DNA from: an uncultured delta proteobacterium
GTDB taxonomy: Bacteria > Myxococcota_A > Polyangia > Haliangiales > Haliangiaceae
DNA length: 64,000 bases
Direction of reading: 5' to 3'
Assembly: GCA_963848295.1 (NCBI GenBank)
Contig: CAWKDB010000010.1
Coordinates: forward strand, 3,776,001-3,840,000
Numbering within the stretch: position 1 is the stretch's first letter; every line of letters starts with the position of its first letter. The position numbers were made by a program, and so were the translations under genes. Below are positions 54,386 to 64,000 of the stretch, one piece after another. The notes beneath the pieces were generated by a model, which was not told the origin of the DNA, ran no database searches, and was given only the letters and a program-made list of their open reading frames with translations.

Positions 54386-56049
54386 AGACGCTGTCGAGCA
54401 TCGTCGCGCTCTCGGTCGTCGCCGCGTGTGGTGCCAGCCCGGCGCCTGCACCGGAAGCGCCGCGTCGAGCGCCAGGCCCCGTCGCCGATCCCAAGCCAGC
54501 ACCTGCGGAGAAGCCGATGAACGAACCGACCGTCACGCAGACTGCCGCGCCTCAGGATCTCCAGTTCCCGAACGAGGAGTTTCGCGCCCACCAGCCCGCG
54601 GCCAGCGCACCGCACGCGTTCCACCTTCCGAAGGTCAAGAAGTTCACGCTCGAGAACGGCATCGACGTATTCCTCGTCGAGCATCACGAGCTGCCGATCG
54701 TGTCGATGGATCTCAGCTTCGATGGCGGCGGTCGCACCGACCCGAAGGGCAAAGACGGGCTCGCCGGCGTCTGCATGCAGATGCTCACCGAAGGCACCGA
54801 GAAGCTCGACAAGATCCAGTACAGCGAAGCCCTCGCCGACACGGCATCGTCGATCAGCGCGTACGCGACCGACGATGCGCACGGCCTCCAGCTGTCGAGC
54901 TTGACGAAGCACCTCGACTCCACGTTCGCGTTGTTCGTCGACACCCTGCGCAGCCCGGGCATGCGCGCCTCCGACTTCGACCGCATGATCAAGCGCCGGA
55001 TCGAGGGCGTGAAGCAGGCGCGCGGCAACCCGGGCTCGGTCGCTGGCCGGGTCAGCGGCGTGGTGCTCTACGGCCCGAGCCATCCGTTCGGCGGCGTCAT
55101 CACCGAGGACGGGCTCGAGAGCTTCACGCTCGACGAGTGCAAGACGTACATCTCGACCTGGCTCAAGCCGAAACACGCGAAGCTGTTCATCGTCGGCGAT
55201 CTCGACGAGGCGTCGGTGCGCAAGCACTTCGAGTCCGGTCCGATCGCGGCGTGGACCGGCGCGAACCCGAGGCTCGCGCCGCTGCCGGCGCCGAAGACGA
55301 TGAAGGGCCGGATCTTCTTCGTCAACATCCCGGGCGCCGCGCAATCGCAGGTCTCGCTGATGGAGTTCGGTCCGAAGCGCAACGCGCCCGACTACTTCCC
55401 GACCTCGATGCTGTCCTCGGTGTTCGGCGGGGGGTTCTCGAGCCGGATCAACATGAACCTGCGCGAGGACAAGGGCTATGCGTACGGCGCACGCGGCGGC
55501 TTCGGCTACTCGCGCGACTACGGCACGTTCACCGCCGGCGGCGGCGTTCAAGCGAACGCGACCTATCAGACGATCGTGGAGATCGATCGCGAGGTGAAGC
55601 AGCTGGCCACGAACAAGAAGCCGGTCGACAAGGAAGAGCTCGATCGCGAAAAGACCGGCGCCATCCTCGCCCTGCCGGGACGGTTCGCGACCGGCCAGGC
55701 CGCGCTCGGCCAGTACCGCAGCCTCGTCTATTACGGACTGCCGCTCGACTACTACGACACCTTTACCGACAAGGTGGGCAAGGTCACCGAGGCCCAGGTC
55801 AAGACGGCCGCCGCGCACATCAAGCCCAACCAGGCGATCTACCTCGTCGTCGGTGACGGCGACGCGAAGATGATCGTCCATGACGATCGGGCCAAGAAGG
55901 ACGACCCCGCCGACAAGAAGGACCCGCCGATGATGAAGGACGGCAAGCAGGTCACGCTGCGCGAAGCCCTCGCCGATCTCGCTCGGCGCGGCGATGTAGG
56001 CGCGGGTGGGCTGGTGGAGCTCGATCCCGACGGGAAACCGGTCAAGTGA
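54382..56049 (+). CDS. M16 family non-catalytic partner subunit, lipoprotein
   Basis: VVAAC lipobox; lacks HxxEH; FSSRINMNLREDKGYAYG motif; coupled to upstream gene. Confidence 0.9.
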   Translation: MKTLSSIVALSVVAACGASPAPAPEAPRRAPGPVADPKPAPAEKPMNEPTVTQTAAPQDLQFPNEEFRAHQPAASAPHAFHLPKVKKFTLENGIDVFLVEHHELPIVSMDLSFDGGGRTDPKGKDGLAGVCMQMLTEGTEKLDKIQYSEALADTASSISAYATDDAHGLQLSSLTKHLDSTFALFVDTLRSPGMRASDFDRMIKRRIEGVKQARGNPGSVAGRVSGVVLYGPSHPFGGVITEDGLESFTLDECKTYISTWLKPKHAKLFIVGDLDEASVRKHFESGPIAAWTGANPRLAPLPAPKTMKGRIFFVNIPGAAQSQVSLMEFGPKRNAPDYFPTSMLSSVFGGGFSSRINMNLREDKGYAYGARGGFGYSRDYGTFTAGGGVQANATYQTIVEIDREVKQLATNKKPVDKEELDREKTGAILALPGRFATGQAALGQYRSLVYYGLPLDYYDTFTDKVGKVTEAQVKTAAAHIKPNQAIYLVVGDGDAKMIVHDDRAKKDDPADKKDPPMMKDGKQVTLREALADLARRGDVGAGGLVELDPDGKPVK

Positions 56050-56121
56050 TCGGCTGAGCTAGACGCCGCGCTACCCGATCCATAACCGCGCACTCGACCG
56101 CGATCGCAACTACAATAATGA

Positions 56122-56799
56122 GTGTTGCGGGAAAACTCCTCCGTTCGTCAACTTGGCTCGGGGATCACGCGTTTTCGATTTCATCGCGGGACGCGCGTCC
56201 GCGAGCGCGGCAACACGCTCGTCCTCGCGTTGATCGTCATGAGCGCGCTCGCCGCGTTGAGCACGTCGACCGTGTTCAGCGTACGCGGCGGCGTCGAGAC
56301 CTCGGCGGGCGATCGCTTTCACGACATCGCGCTGTACGCCGCCGAGAGCGGGGCCGCGGTCGCGGCCGATTACCTACGCCAAAACTACGACCCGGTCTAT
56401 CGCTGGAAGGCGTTCATCACGCCGAGCAACATCAACCCGATCCCCGCGACGACCGCACCGCTGTCGAATATTCCGGGCAACAGCGTGTTGCCGGGCGTCG
56501 CCGGCAATCTGTTCGACGCCGACATGAACGCGTACTACGTGATCCAGATCTACAACGACCGGCAAGAGAACCCATTGACCTACGCGCTCGGTGGCGACGA
56601 CGACGGGCGCGTCGTCATCCACTCGACCGGCTACGGACCCAACGGCGCGGTCGCGGTCGTCGAATGGGACGTCAAGTCCAATGCCTCGGCGGTGTCTCGC
56701 CCGTGCCCGAGCTACGCGCAGAAGGGTGAGTCCGAGGACAACTCGGGCCGCAACGACTGCCTCGGCACGGTCAATACCAGCGACACGGCTACCTACTAG
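56122..56799 (+). CDS. pilX: PilX-like type IV minor pilin
   Basis: RERG/NTLVLALIVM prepilin-like site without Glu5; ALYAAESG motif; start uncertain. Confidence 0.75.
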   Translation: MLRENSSVRQLGSGITRFRFHRGTRVRERGNTLVLALIVMSALAALSTSTVFSVRGGVETSAGDRFHDIALYAAESGAAVAADYLRQNYDPVYRWKAFITPSNINPIPATTAPLSNIPGNSVLPGVAGNLFDADMNAYYVIQIYNDRQENPLTYALGGDDDGRVVIHSTGYGPNGAVAVVEWDVKSNASAVSRPCPSYAQKGESEDNSGRNDCLGTVNTSDTATY

Positions 56800-56802
56800 G
56801 AG

Positions 56803-59800
56803 ATGCCTACGATGACGCTCCAACGCTTTACCGTCGCCTTGGTCTTCGTCGCGGTCAGCGCGGCGGTGGCTTCAGCACAGTCGTTCTCGTGCCCGACGAC
56901 CTCATCGGACTCCGACTTCAGCGGCTCGGGTCTGCAGCAGGACTGCAGCAGTTGCTCGAGCTCGCCGTGTACCTGCACGACGAAGAGCGGCGTGAGCTAC
57001 AACGCGACCGGCGGTGCCCTCACGATCCCTGGATCGGCCGGTAACTTCCAAGCACCGCCGAGCGCGGCCGTGCCGCAGAACGTGTTCTTCGCGGCGGCCG
57101 GCGACTTCGATGGCGACGGCTGGGATGACTTCGTGGCCGCGGACGACGGCGACCGGATCTACGTCATGCGCAACCAGACGATGACGTGTGGGACCTCGTC
57201 GTGCAGCGGCTCTACGACCGTTGCACCGACGGTTCAGACCATCGCCGCGACGTGGTGGAACACGCTGTCCAACGTGCGACCGGCGGCATTTCGCGCGACG
57301 ACGAGCACCACGGGCACCGACCAGCCGCTGAAGACGAGCCTTGGCTCGAACTTTTCGACGCCGATGATCGCCGCCGACTTCGATGGCGACGGCTGGCTCG
57401 ACTTCGTCGAGGTCTCCCAGACGTACCGACCGGGCACGCCGGCCTGGGGCACCGCGGCCCGCCTGTACCTCAACACGCAGAACTGCCACCTCACGTCGCA
57501 GGTGACCAACCCGCAACCGTGCGGGATCGGCCACATCTGCACCGGGCAGCCGACGAACGGCGCGTGCACCGGCGGCAGCGTCACGAACGGCACGAAGTGG
57601 ACCGAATCCGAGCTGTCGTGTACGACGACCGCGAAGTGCCCGTACTACATGCCGACGTTCGCGACCTACGACATGCGCACGGGCACGGCCGTGTCGTCGG
57701 CCGGAACGACGTCCGACACCTCGCCGACCACCACGCACCCCGGCGACTTCGGTCCGATGGGCCACGCGGTGCAGAACATCATCGCGCTCGACTGGGACGG
57801 CGATGGAGATATCGACGTCCTGTTCGGCCGCAGCAGCGGCACCTGCCCGGGTAGCCTGTGCACGACCCCGGGTCAGGTGTTCTACGCCGGGATCGACGTG
57901 TGGAAGAACGACTGCGCGCAGTCGCCGCAGTGGAACGCCGCGACCAAGTCGTGCCCCGGGCACATCCCACAGTTCACCCACTCGACCACCGCGTGCACCG
58001 GAACGAGCTGCGCCAACTCGGACGTCCTCATCCCGAGCACCGCGCACAACTCGACGACGATCGCGCCGAGCACGAACCTCGGGTTCGACATCGCTCAGGA
58101 GGAGGCGCCGACGTTCGCGTATTCCGACGTCGATCGCGATGGCAAGCTCGATCTGGTGCTCGGCTCGCCGGGCTGTTGCTCGAACTCGTCGAACGCGGGC
58201 TATCGCCTGCGCATCTACAAGGGCAACGGCGCCGGCACGAACGTCTCGTGCTCGACGCCGCCGTGCTCGTTCAACCATAGCCTCGACACCGCGAACCCGC
58301 TGATCCTCAGTACGAGCAACTCGACCCACCCCGGCTTCGAAGGGAGCTTGACCGCGATCTTCGTCTCGGACTTCAACCTCGACGGATACCCGGACATCAT
58401 CACGGGTTCCGACGGTGTGGCGTATAGCGGGACGATCGGCGGACGAACGCGGTACTGGAAGAACACCGGTAACGCCAGTACGCCGTTCGGCACCAACTGG
58501 CCGACCTGCAGCACGGCCCCAGCTACGTGCGCCGGATGTTCCACCACCTGCAACAACGATCCGACCCAGAAGCTCTCGGAGAGCTGCGGCTCGGGCGGTT
58601 GCTCCGCGAACCTCACGGTCTCGCCTCCTCAGTTCGGCGACTTCGACATCGGGTTCATGCTCGACTACGACCACGATCCGCAGAGCACGAAGGACCTCGT
58701 GCTCACGAACGGCAACACGGCGAACGAGTTCTACATCTTCCCGAACCGCGCCTCGCCGAGCACGATCGCCGCATGCGGCACGGTCGCCTCGGGAACGCTC
58801 GCGACGCCGAGCGCGGAGCTCACGGTGAATGGCGCGTGCATCGCACCGACGGCTACGGTTCCGTCCGGCACCGCGATCAACTACTTCCTCAGCAACGACG
58901 CCGGCACGAGCTGGGCGCTCGCATGTACGCAGCAGGCGACGGGGTTCACGCCGGCGCTGTCCAACGGCAAGTGCTGCGTGACGTTTAGCAACATCACGAA
59001 TCGACAGATCGAGTGGAAGGCCGAGTTCGACTCGAACACCTCCGACGGCATCGGGGCGCCGAGCGGCTGCGGCGCGGTCGGCACCGCATCACCATCGCTG
59101 ACCGGCTTGACCGCCGACTACACGTACACCCAGGCGTCGCAACACTATAAAGCGGGCGTGATCGTCAGCGACGGCATTAGCTATGTCGGCTCGTTCACCC
59201 AGCCGGGCAATCGCGGTCACATGTACGCGATCGCCGAGAACTTCAGCACCCAGTACTACGACGTCGGCGCTCAGCTCGACGCGCAAGGCACCCGCAACGT
59301 CTACACCTCCGACGTCACCGGCCAATCGCCGACCCGCCTGACGTTCTCCGCCAGTTCGCCGCCCGCGGCGTTGGAGGCGAGGGTAGGCGCGTCGAGCCAG
59401 GCGCAGGCATCGACCGTGATCAGCTGGATCCTGAGCGCGCGCTTCGGCGTGAACAGCACCGGCGCCGCGTTGACGAAGCTCGGCGCGATCGTCGATTCGA
59501 CCCCGGCGATCCTACAAGTGCCGTTCAAACCGAACTGGTACGCGTACCTCGATACCGCAGATCGTACGCTCTACGACACCTTCGCGACGGCGCAGGCCCA
59601 GCGCATCCCGCTGCTGTTGTTCGGGTCGATGGATGGCATGATCCACGCGATCTATTCGATCGCGACATCGATCAGCGACGCCCGCAACGGCAGCGAAGCG
59701 TGGGCGTATGTCCCGCCGTACGACGCGTCGCCGATGACGAGTGACTACACGACGTCGTGCACGCCGAGCTGCGCCGCCGGCACGCTGACCGTCTCGTCGT

Positions 59801-60990
59801 ATCCCGACGGTTCGCCCGGCCTCGTCGACTTCCGCAAGGCGAACGGCACGATCGCGACGGCGGGGATCTTCGCCGACGGCGCGGGCGGAACGTCGGTCTC
59901 GGCCCTCGACTTGACTCAGACCGTCACCGCGACGAGCACGACGGCGAACACCGTCCAAGGCCCGACGCCGCTGTGGTCGGCTCAGCCGGGTGGAGCCGCC
60001 GCGGGCAACGCGATCTCGAAGCCCGGCATCGCGCGAGTGCTGCTCGGCTCGACCGAGACGTACGTCGCGATCGCCGGCACCGGAGTCAACAACACCGACA
60101 ACACGAAGGGCAAGATCGTCGGGGGCTACAACCTCGAGACCGGCGCGTTGCTCTGGCAGTTCGAGATGGCGTGCGCGCTGACGAGCGACATCACCGTATT
60201 CGAAACGGACGACAGTGGCGAACCCGGCAATCCTCAGCTCGACGGCTTTGCGGATCGCGCGGTGTTCGCGGACCAGTGCGGCAACGTCTACAAGATCAAC
60301 CCGGGCCAAGATCTCGCAGGTGGCTACATGGATAATACCGGCTACGGCTCGATCTCGATCGGTGTATCGAACGGCAAGACCCGCTACGCCCTGTTCTCGA
60401 CGACGTCGACCGCGGGGGCGATCGGCGGGCAACGCCCGATCGCGAACACGATCGGCGCGCGCACCGATTCGACCCTCAACGTCGTGCTGTTCTTCGGCAC
60501 CGGTGGGATCGAGACCTTCAACCCGGCGCTGCAGAACGAGTTCTACGCGGTGTACGCGAAGAACGGCACGATCCGCAACAAGGTCACCGGCACGTGCAGC
60601 GGCGGCGAGTGTCAGAAGTTCTACGGCGGCGTGGTGGTCACGCCGACGAACATCTACATGGTGACGAGCTCGGATCCGGTGATCTCGTCTAGTACGTGCA
60701 ACCTCGGCTCGAGCTCGTTGAACGCGCTCGATCTCAACACGTTGTCGAGCTCGTTCAGCGTCTCGTCGATCAACGGTAACGCGATCTCCGCGTCTGCGGG
60801 TCCGCTGTATGGCGCCGACGGCGCGCTGTACTTCGCGACGGTCGCCGGCAACGTCGAGCGCGTCGGCACACCGACCGCGGCGACCGCAGGTGCGGCGAGC
60901 GCGGCTGGCACGCTCAACGGAATGGGCACCGGGACGCTCACCGACGCGAACGGGCCGTTCACGCTGGTCGGGTGGCGAGTCGTCCTATGA
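56803..60990 (+). CDS. pilY1: PilY1-like pilus tip adhesin with N-terminal FG-GAP/VCBS repeats and Cys-rich inserts
   Basis: Signal peptide; DxDGDG-type repeats; C-terminal LGAIVDSTP, GSMDGMIHA, EAWAYVP, DGSP, ADQCGNVYK, FFGTG; flanked by minor pilins. Confidence 0.85.
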   Translation: MPTMTLQRFTVALVFVAVSAAVASAQSFSCPTTSSDSDFSGSGLQQDCSSCSSSPCTCTTKSGVSYNATGGALTIPGSAGNFQAPPSAAVPQNVFFAAAGDFDGDGWDDFVAADDGDRIYVMRNQTMTCGTSSCSGSTTVAPTVQTIAATWWNTLSNVRPAAFRATTSTTGTDQPLKTSLGSNFSTPMIAADFDGDGWLDFVEVSQTYRPGTPAWGTAARLYLNTQNCHLTSQVTNPQPCGIGHICTGQPTNGACTGGSVTNGTKWTESELSCTTTAKCPYYMPTFATYDMRTGTAVSSAGTTSDTSPTTTHPGDFGPMGHAVQNIIALDWDGDGDIDVLFGRSSGTCPGSLCTTPGQVFYAGIDVWKNDCAQSPQWNAATKSCPGHIPQFTHSTTACTGTSCANSDVLIPSTAHNSTTIAPSTNLGFDIAQEEAPTFAYSDVDRDGKLDLVLGSPGCCSNSSNAGYRLRIYKGNGAGTNVSCSTPPCSFNHSLDTANPLILSTSNSTHPGFEGSLTAIFVSDFNLDGYPDIITGSDGVAYSGTIGGRTRYWKNTGNASTPFGTNWPTCSTAPATCAGCSTTCNNDPTQKLSESCGSGGCSANLTVSPPQFGDFDIGFMLDYDHDPQSTKDLVLTNGNTANEFYIFPNRASPSTIAACGTVASGTLATPSAELTVNGACIAPTATVPSGTAINYFLSNDAGTSWALACTQQATGFTPALSNGKCCVTFSNITNRQIEWKAEFDSNTSDGIGAPSGCGAVGTASPSLTGLTADYTYTQASQHYKAGVIVSDGISYVGSFTQPGNRGHMYAIAENFSTQYYDVGAQLDAQGTRNVYTSDVTGQSPTRLTFSASSPPAALEARVGASSQAQASTVISWILSARFGVNSTGAALTKLGAIVDSTPAILQVPFKPNWYAYLDTADRTLYDTFATAQAQRIPLLLFGSMDGMIHAIYSIATSISDARNGSEAWAYVPPYDASPMTSDYTTSCTPSCAAGTLTVSSYPDGSPGLVDFRKANGTIATAGIFADGAGGTSVSALDLTQTVTATSTTANTVQGPTPLWSAQPGGAAAGNAISKPGIARVLLGSTETYVAIAGTGVNNTDNTKGKIVGGYNLETGALLWQFEMACALTSDITVFETDDSGEPGNPQLDGFADRAVFADQCGNVYKINPGQDLAGGYMDNTGYGSISIGVSNGKTRYALFSTTSTAGAIGGQRPIANTIGARTDSTLNVVLFFGTGGIETFNPALQNEFYAVYAKNGTIRNKVTGTCSGGECQKFYGGVVVTPTNIYMVTSSDPVISSSTCNLGSSSLNALDLNTLSSSFSVSSINGNAISASAGPLYGADGALYFATVAGNVERVGTPTAATAGAASAAGTLNGMGTGTLTDANGPFTLVGWRVVL

Positions 60991-61415
60991 ACAAGCGCCG
61001 CGGGTTCACGCTGCTCGAGCTGATGATCACGATCGTCGTGACGTTGTTCTCGCTCATGGGTTTGCTAGGGCTGCACCTCACGCTGGCGCGAGGGAATGAT
61101 TCGGCGAGCCGATCGGCCGAAGCGATCGCGGTCGGTCAGCGCGAGATGGAGTCGCTGCGCAAGGAGCGCTCGACCGACATGATGAACACGCTGACCGGCA
61201 GCCCGACGTCGGTCCCGCCGGTGACCAAGACGAACTTCTTCACCGCGCTCGGTCGCAACGGCGTGTCGTACCAGGTCGATGTCGATGTCACGCTGGTGGG
61301 GACGAGCGGCAACCTGTGGTTGATTCGCGTGGTCGTGTCGTGGACCGACGACGGCTCGGCGCTCGTCCACACGGTTCCGGTAGAGCTCATCCGCACCGTG
61401 CAGGAAATTCTGTGA
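60987..61415 (+). CDS. pilV: PilV-like minor pilin
   Basis: RRG/FTLLELMI N-methylation motif; short; VVVSW near C-terminus. Confidence 0.75.
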   Translation: MNKRRGFTLLELMITIVVTLFSLMGLLGLHLTLARGNDSASRSAEAIAVGQREMESLRKERSTDMMNTLTGSPTSVPPVTKTNFFTALGRNGVSYQVDVDVTLVGTSGNLWLIRVVVSWTDDGSALVHTVPVELIRTVQEIL

Positions 61416-62578
61416 CGCCCCCGTTTACGCGGCCCCGTCGCGGTTTCACGCTGATCGAGCTGATGATCTCCCTCGTGATCAGCACGCTGTTCGTGATCAT
61501 GATCCTGTCGATCTTCAGCCGGATGTCGTTCGCGTACCGCGAGCAACAACAGATCGTGCAGGTCCAGCAACAGCTCACGTCGGCGCGAGCGTTGATGGAG
61601 CGCGACGCGAAGCAAGCCGGCTTCGCGATGTCGCAGGGGTTCAAGATCTCGTACGACGGCCAGACCGGAACCGGGTTGATGCACTCTCCGGTGCGCGTCG
61701 TGAACAGCTCGACCGCTCCCGACCAGATCGGTTTCTACTATGCGGACGGCTCGACCCAAGCGCTCGTGACGAGCGCCAATGGTCCCGCGACGACGATCAC
61801 CGTCGACAGCGCGATCGGATTCGCGGCGGGCGATCTCGTCGTGTTGTCGACCGCGAGCTGGAACCCGTTGATTCCGGTTCGCGTCAACACCGCAACCGAC
61901 CCCACGATCACCTCGTTCGATGCGTGCGTCGTCCAGATCCAGACGGTCGCCGCGACGACGGTCACGTTCTACCAGACCGGCGCATGGGGCAACGCGGGCA
62001 ACACGCACTGCACCGCGACGAGCCTGAATACGACGATGATGTACGAGTTTGTCGGTCACTACTGGCGGATCGACACCGCGCCGGCCGCACCTGACACCAC
62101 GACGAGCGGCCTGCTCGAGCTATCGATCGCCTCGGGTGCGACGTCGACCGCGAACCTCAACCCCGGCCTCAATATCTGGAACAAGGAAGGCTACGACTTC
62201 ACCGACATCCAGGTCGCGACCGAGTTCTGGGACAACGACGCGATCGACGAGGATGGCATCTTGCCCGTCGATGCGACCCGCGATTGGTACTCGTCGACGC
62301 AGCAGGACATCTGGACCCAGCCGATCCTCAACACCCTGTCGTTCATTCCACCGATCGCGGTCGCGATCAGCATCGTCGCGCGCACCGACAAGGACGTCGA
62401 AGGCATCTCGACCTCGAACAGCCCGAACCTCAAGGGCGCGATCCTCATCAACAACAACACCGGCGATCGCGCATCGTTCACGCTGCCGAGCGCGACGGAC
62501 CCGCTGTACCAAGGCAAGCGGATCTACCGCTACATCACGTTCGGCGTCGACCTCCGCGATCTCGGAGTCGGGCGATGA
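61412..62578 (+). CDS. pilW: PilW-like minor pilin
   Basis: RRG/FTLIELMIS; RALMERDAKQAGF motif. Confidence 0.8.
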   Translation: MTPPFTRPRRGFTLIELMISLVISTLFVIMILSIFSRMSFAYREQQQIVQVQQQLTSARALMERDAKQAGFAMSQGFKISYDGQTGTGLMHSPVRVVNSSTAPDQIGFYYADGSTQALVTSANGPATTITVDSAIGFAAGDLVVLSTASWNPLIPVRVNTATDPTITSFDACVVQIQTVAATTVTFYQTGAWGNAGNTHCTATSLNTTMMYEFVGHYWRIDTAPAAPDTTTSGLLELSIASGATSTANLNPGLNIWNKEGYDFTDIQVATEFWDNDAIDEDGILPVDATRDWYSSTQQDIWTQPILNTLSFIPPIAVAISIVARTDKDVEGISTSNSPNLKGAILINNNTGDRASFTLPSATDPLYQGKRIYRYITFGVDLRDLGVGR

Positions 62579-63162
62579 AGCGCCGCGGGTTCACGCTCGT
62601 CGAGCTCATGATCGTGGTCGGCATCATCGCCGTGCTCGTGACGATGGCGCTGATCGCGATGTATCCGCGCAAGCGCGCGGTCGACGTGGCGTACCAGCTC
62701 GCCGATCTGATCCACGAGGCGAGCCGCGAGGCGATCACCTACGGCCCGGTCCGGGCGGATGTCGTGACCGCGCCGGGATCGCTGGGCAAGGCGAGGACCT
62801 GCATCATCGGCGCGGGCGGGGCGAACACGTCGCCGACGTTCACGCTCGAGCTGATCATCGAAGGTACGACGAGCGGCTCGTTCACGTTGACGTCGACCGC
62901 CGCGGCCGGCGCGCAACAGCTCGTCGTCGACTCGAACGTCGTCGGCGCATATTATTCGCCGCAGATCGGCCCGCTCGCGTCGGTCGCGCCGCAGAACACG
63001 AACTGGGACAACTTCAAGGTGTGCTGCTACGACGACGGCACATGCGATCCACAGTCGGTGTTCTTCCAAGCGAACCATGGCGCGAGCTACGAGCTCACGG
63101 CGCGGGTGTCGGTGCTGCCGCTCGGCGCGGCAACTCAGGTCAAGGCGAACTGGTTACAGTAA
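62575..63162 (+). CDS. fimU: FimU/FimT-like minor pilin
   Basis: RRG/FTLVELMIVVGIIAVL; LADLIHEASREAI helix. Confidence 0.7.
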   Translation: MKRRGFTLVELMIVVGIIAVLVTMALIAMYPRKRAVDVAYQLADLIHEASREAITYGPVRADVVTAPGSLGKARTCIIGAGGANTSPTFTLELIIEGTTSGSFTLTSTAAAGAQQLVVDSNVVGAYYSPQIGPLASVAPQNTNWDNFKVCCYDDGTCDPQSVFFQANHGASYELTARVSVLPLGAATQVKANWLQ

Positions 63163-64000
63163 GCGTCCCGACGTCCTCGAACAGCTGCTCTTCCATGTTC
63201 CGAGTCTTCGCGGTCAGCCGCAGGTGGATCAGCGAGTCGACCGACAGCTGCCCACCGATCGGCAGCGGGCGATGCGGATCGATCTCGAGCGTGCCTTGGT
63301 AGTGGCGGACCAACGCGACGAGATCGGCGGTCACGTCTTTGGGCAGGCCCGGATCGGTGACCGTCTGTTCCGGCGCGATCCGTCGCATCTCGACCTCGAT
63401 CGTCCACTGCGTCGCGGTCCGCGCCTTGAGCGTGTAAGTCGCGATTTGCTTCACGACCGCCGGGCGCTGGCGCATGATCGTGACGACTCGCCACTGTGCG
63501 CCGATCGCGATCGGCTCCTCGGGCACCGGCACGATCGTCCCGAGCAGGCGCTCGACCGCCTCGGCTTTCGAGTCGGCGCTGTGCGAGTTATTCAGATCGT
63601 CGGCGAACGCGAGCGTGCCGAGCTGGTCACGCGGATCGAGCGCGACCAGGAATCGGCGGTTGTCGAGCAGCGCATGCCAGCTCGCGATGTACGCATCGGC
63701 CTCGGGTGTCGTCTTGCCCGACACGACGGTGCGCGGCAGGCCGAGAAACGCGATCGGCGTCTTCGGATCGCCGGCGACGTTGACCTTGAAGCCGTCGCGC
63801 ATCGCCGGTAACTCGACGCGCGGCGACCACTTGTTAGCGGTCTGGCGCCGCGATGTGAGCTTCGTGACGACGAAATACGACGCCGAACCGGCCTTGAGGT
63901 CATAACGCAGCAGCGATCGCTCGCCCTTGCCCGGGTCGAGCAAGGTGAACGAGTCGAGCTTCGGCAGCTCGACGACGGGCTCGGGGAGGTGAACGACCTG
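63140..64000 (-). CDS. Hypothetical beta-rich protein (DUF6263-like), 5' end outside window
   Basis: LLDPG..LLRYDLKAG and VPVPEEPIAIGAQW motifs; frame open to window edge. Confidence 0.55.
   Translation of the reverse strand, partial: QVVHLPEPVVELPKLDSFTLLDPGKGERSLLRYDLKAGSASYFVVTKLTSRRQTANKWSPRVELPAMRDGFKVNVAGDPKTPIAFLGLPRTVVSGKTTPEADAYIASWHALLDNRRFLVALDPRDQLGTLAFADDLNNSHSADSKAEAVERLLGTIVPVPEEPIAIGAQWRVVTIMRQRPAVVKQIATYTLKARTATQWTIEVEMRRIAPEQTVTDPGLPKDVTADLVALVRHYQGTLEIDPHRPLPIGGQLSVDSLIHLRLTAKTRNMEEQLFEDVGTLTVTSSP

Overview
High-GC bacterial chromosomal segment, most likely from Myxococcota. The basis is a MYXO-CTERM-like tail, several Hanks-type Ser/Thr kinases, a PEGA/TPR protein, a giant TPR protein and a pilX-pilY1-pilV-pilW-fimU minor-pilin cluster. 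About 42 densely packed genes are supported: housekeeping (glgP, purT, ettA, a KamA-family radical SAM enzyme, an M16 protease pair), much signalling (3 kinases, 2 SpoIIE phosphatases, STAS, RsbW-like GHKL, PAS, class III cyclase, truncated globin) and envelope proteins. I saw no rRNA, tRNA or CRISPR array. Most notable: (1) an HUH/Y1 RAYT-type transposase preceded by a ~145-nt three-way-junction element with a GCGCAGC mini-hairpin, next to a frameshifted GNAT gene; (2) a SEC-C/coiled-coil protein ending in a RelE/ParE-like domain; (3) TANNNT boxes 5-10 nt before about 15 start codons, suggesting pervasive leaderless transcription; (4) a membrane-anchored STAND NTPase-HEAT protein divergent from a DUF4139-like x2/ABC operon; (5) a dispersed partner-switching set with a Cys-substituted STAS/Zn-ribbon protein. 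All family assignments come from motif recognition by eye; no database searches were run.
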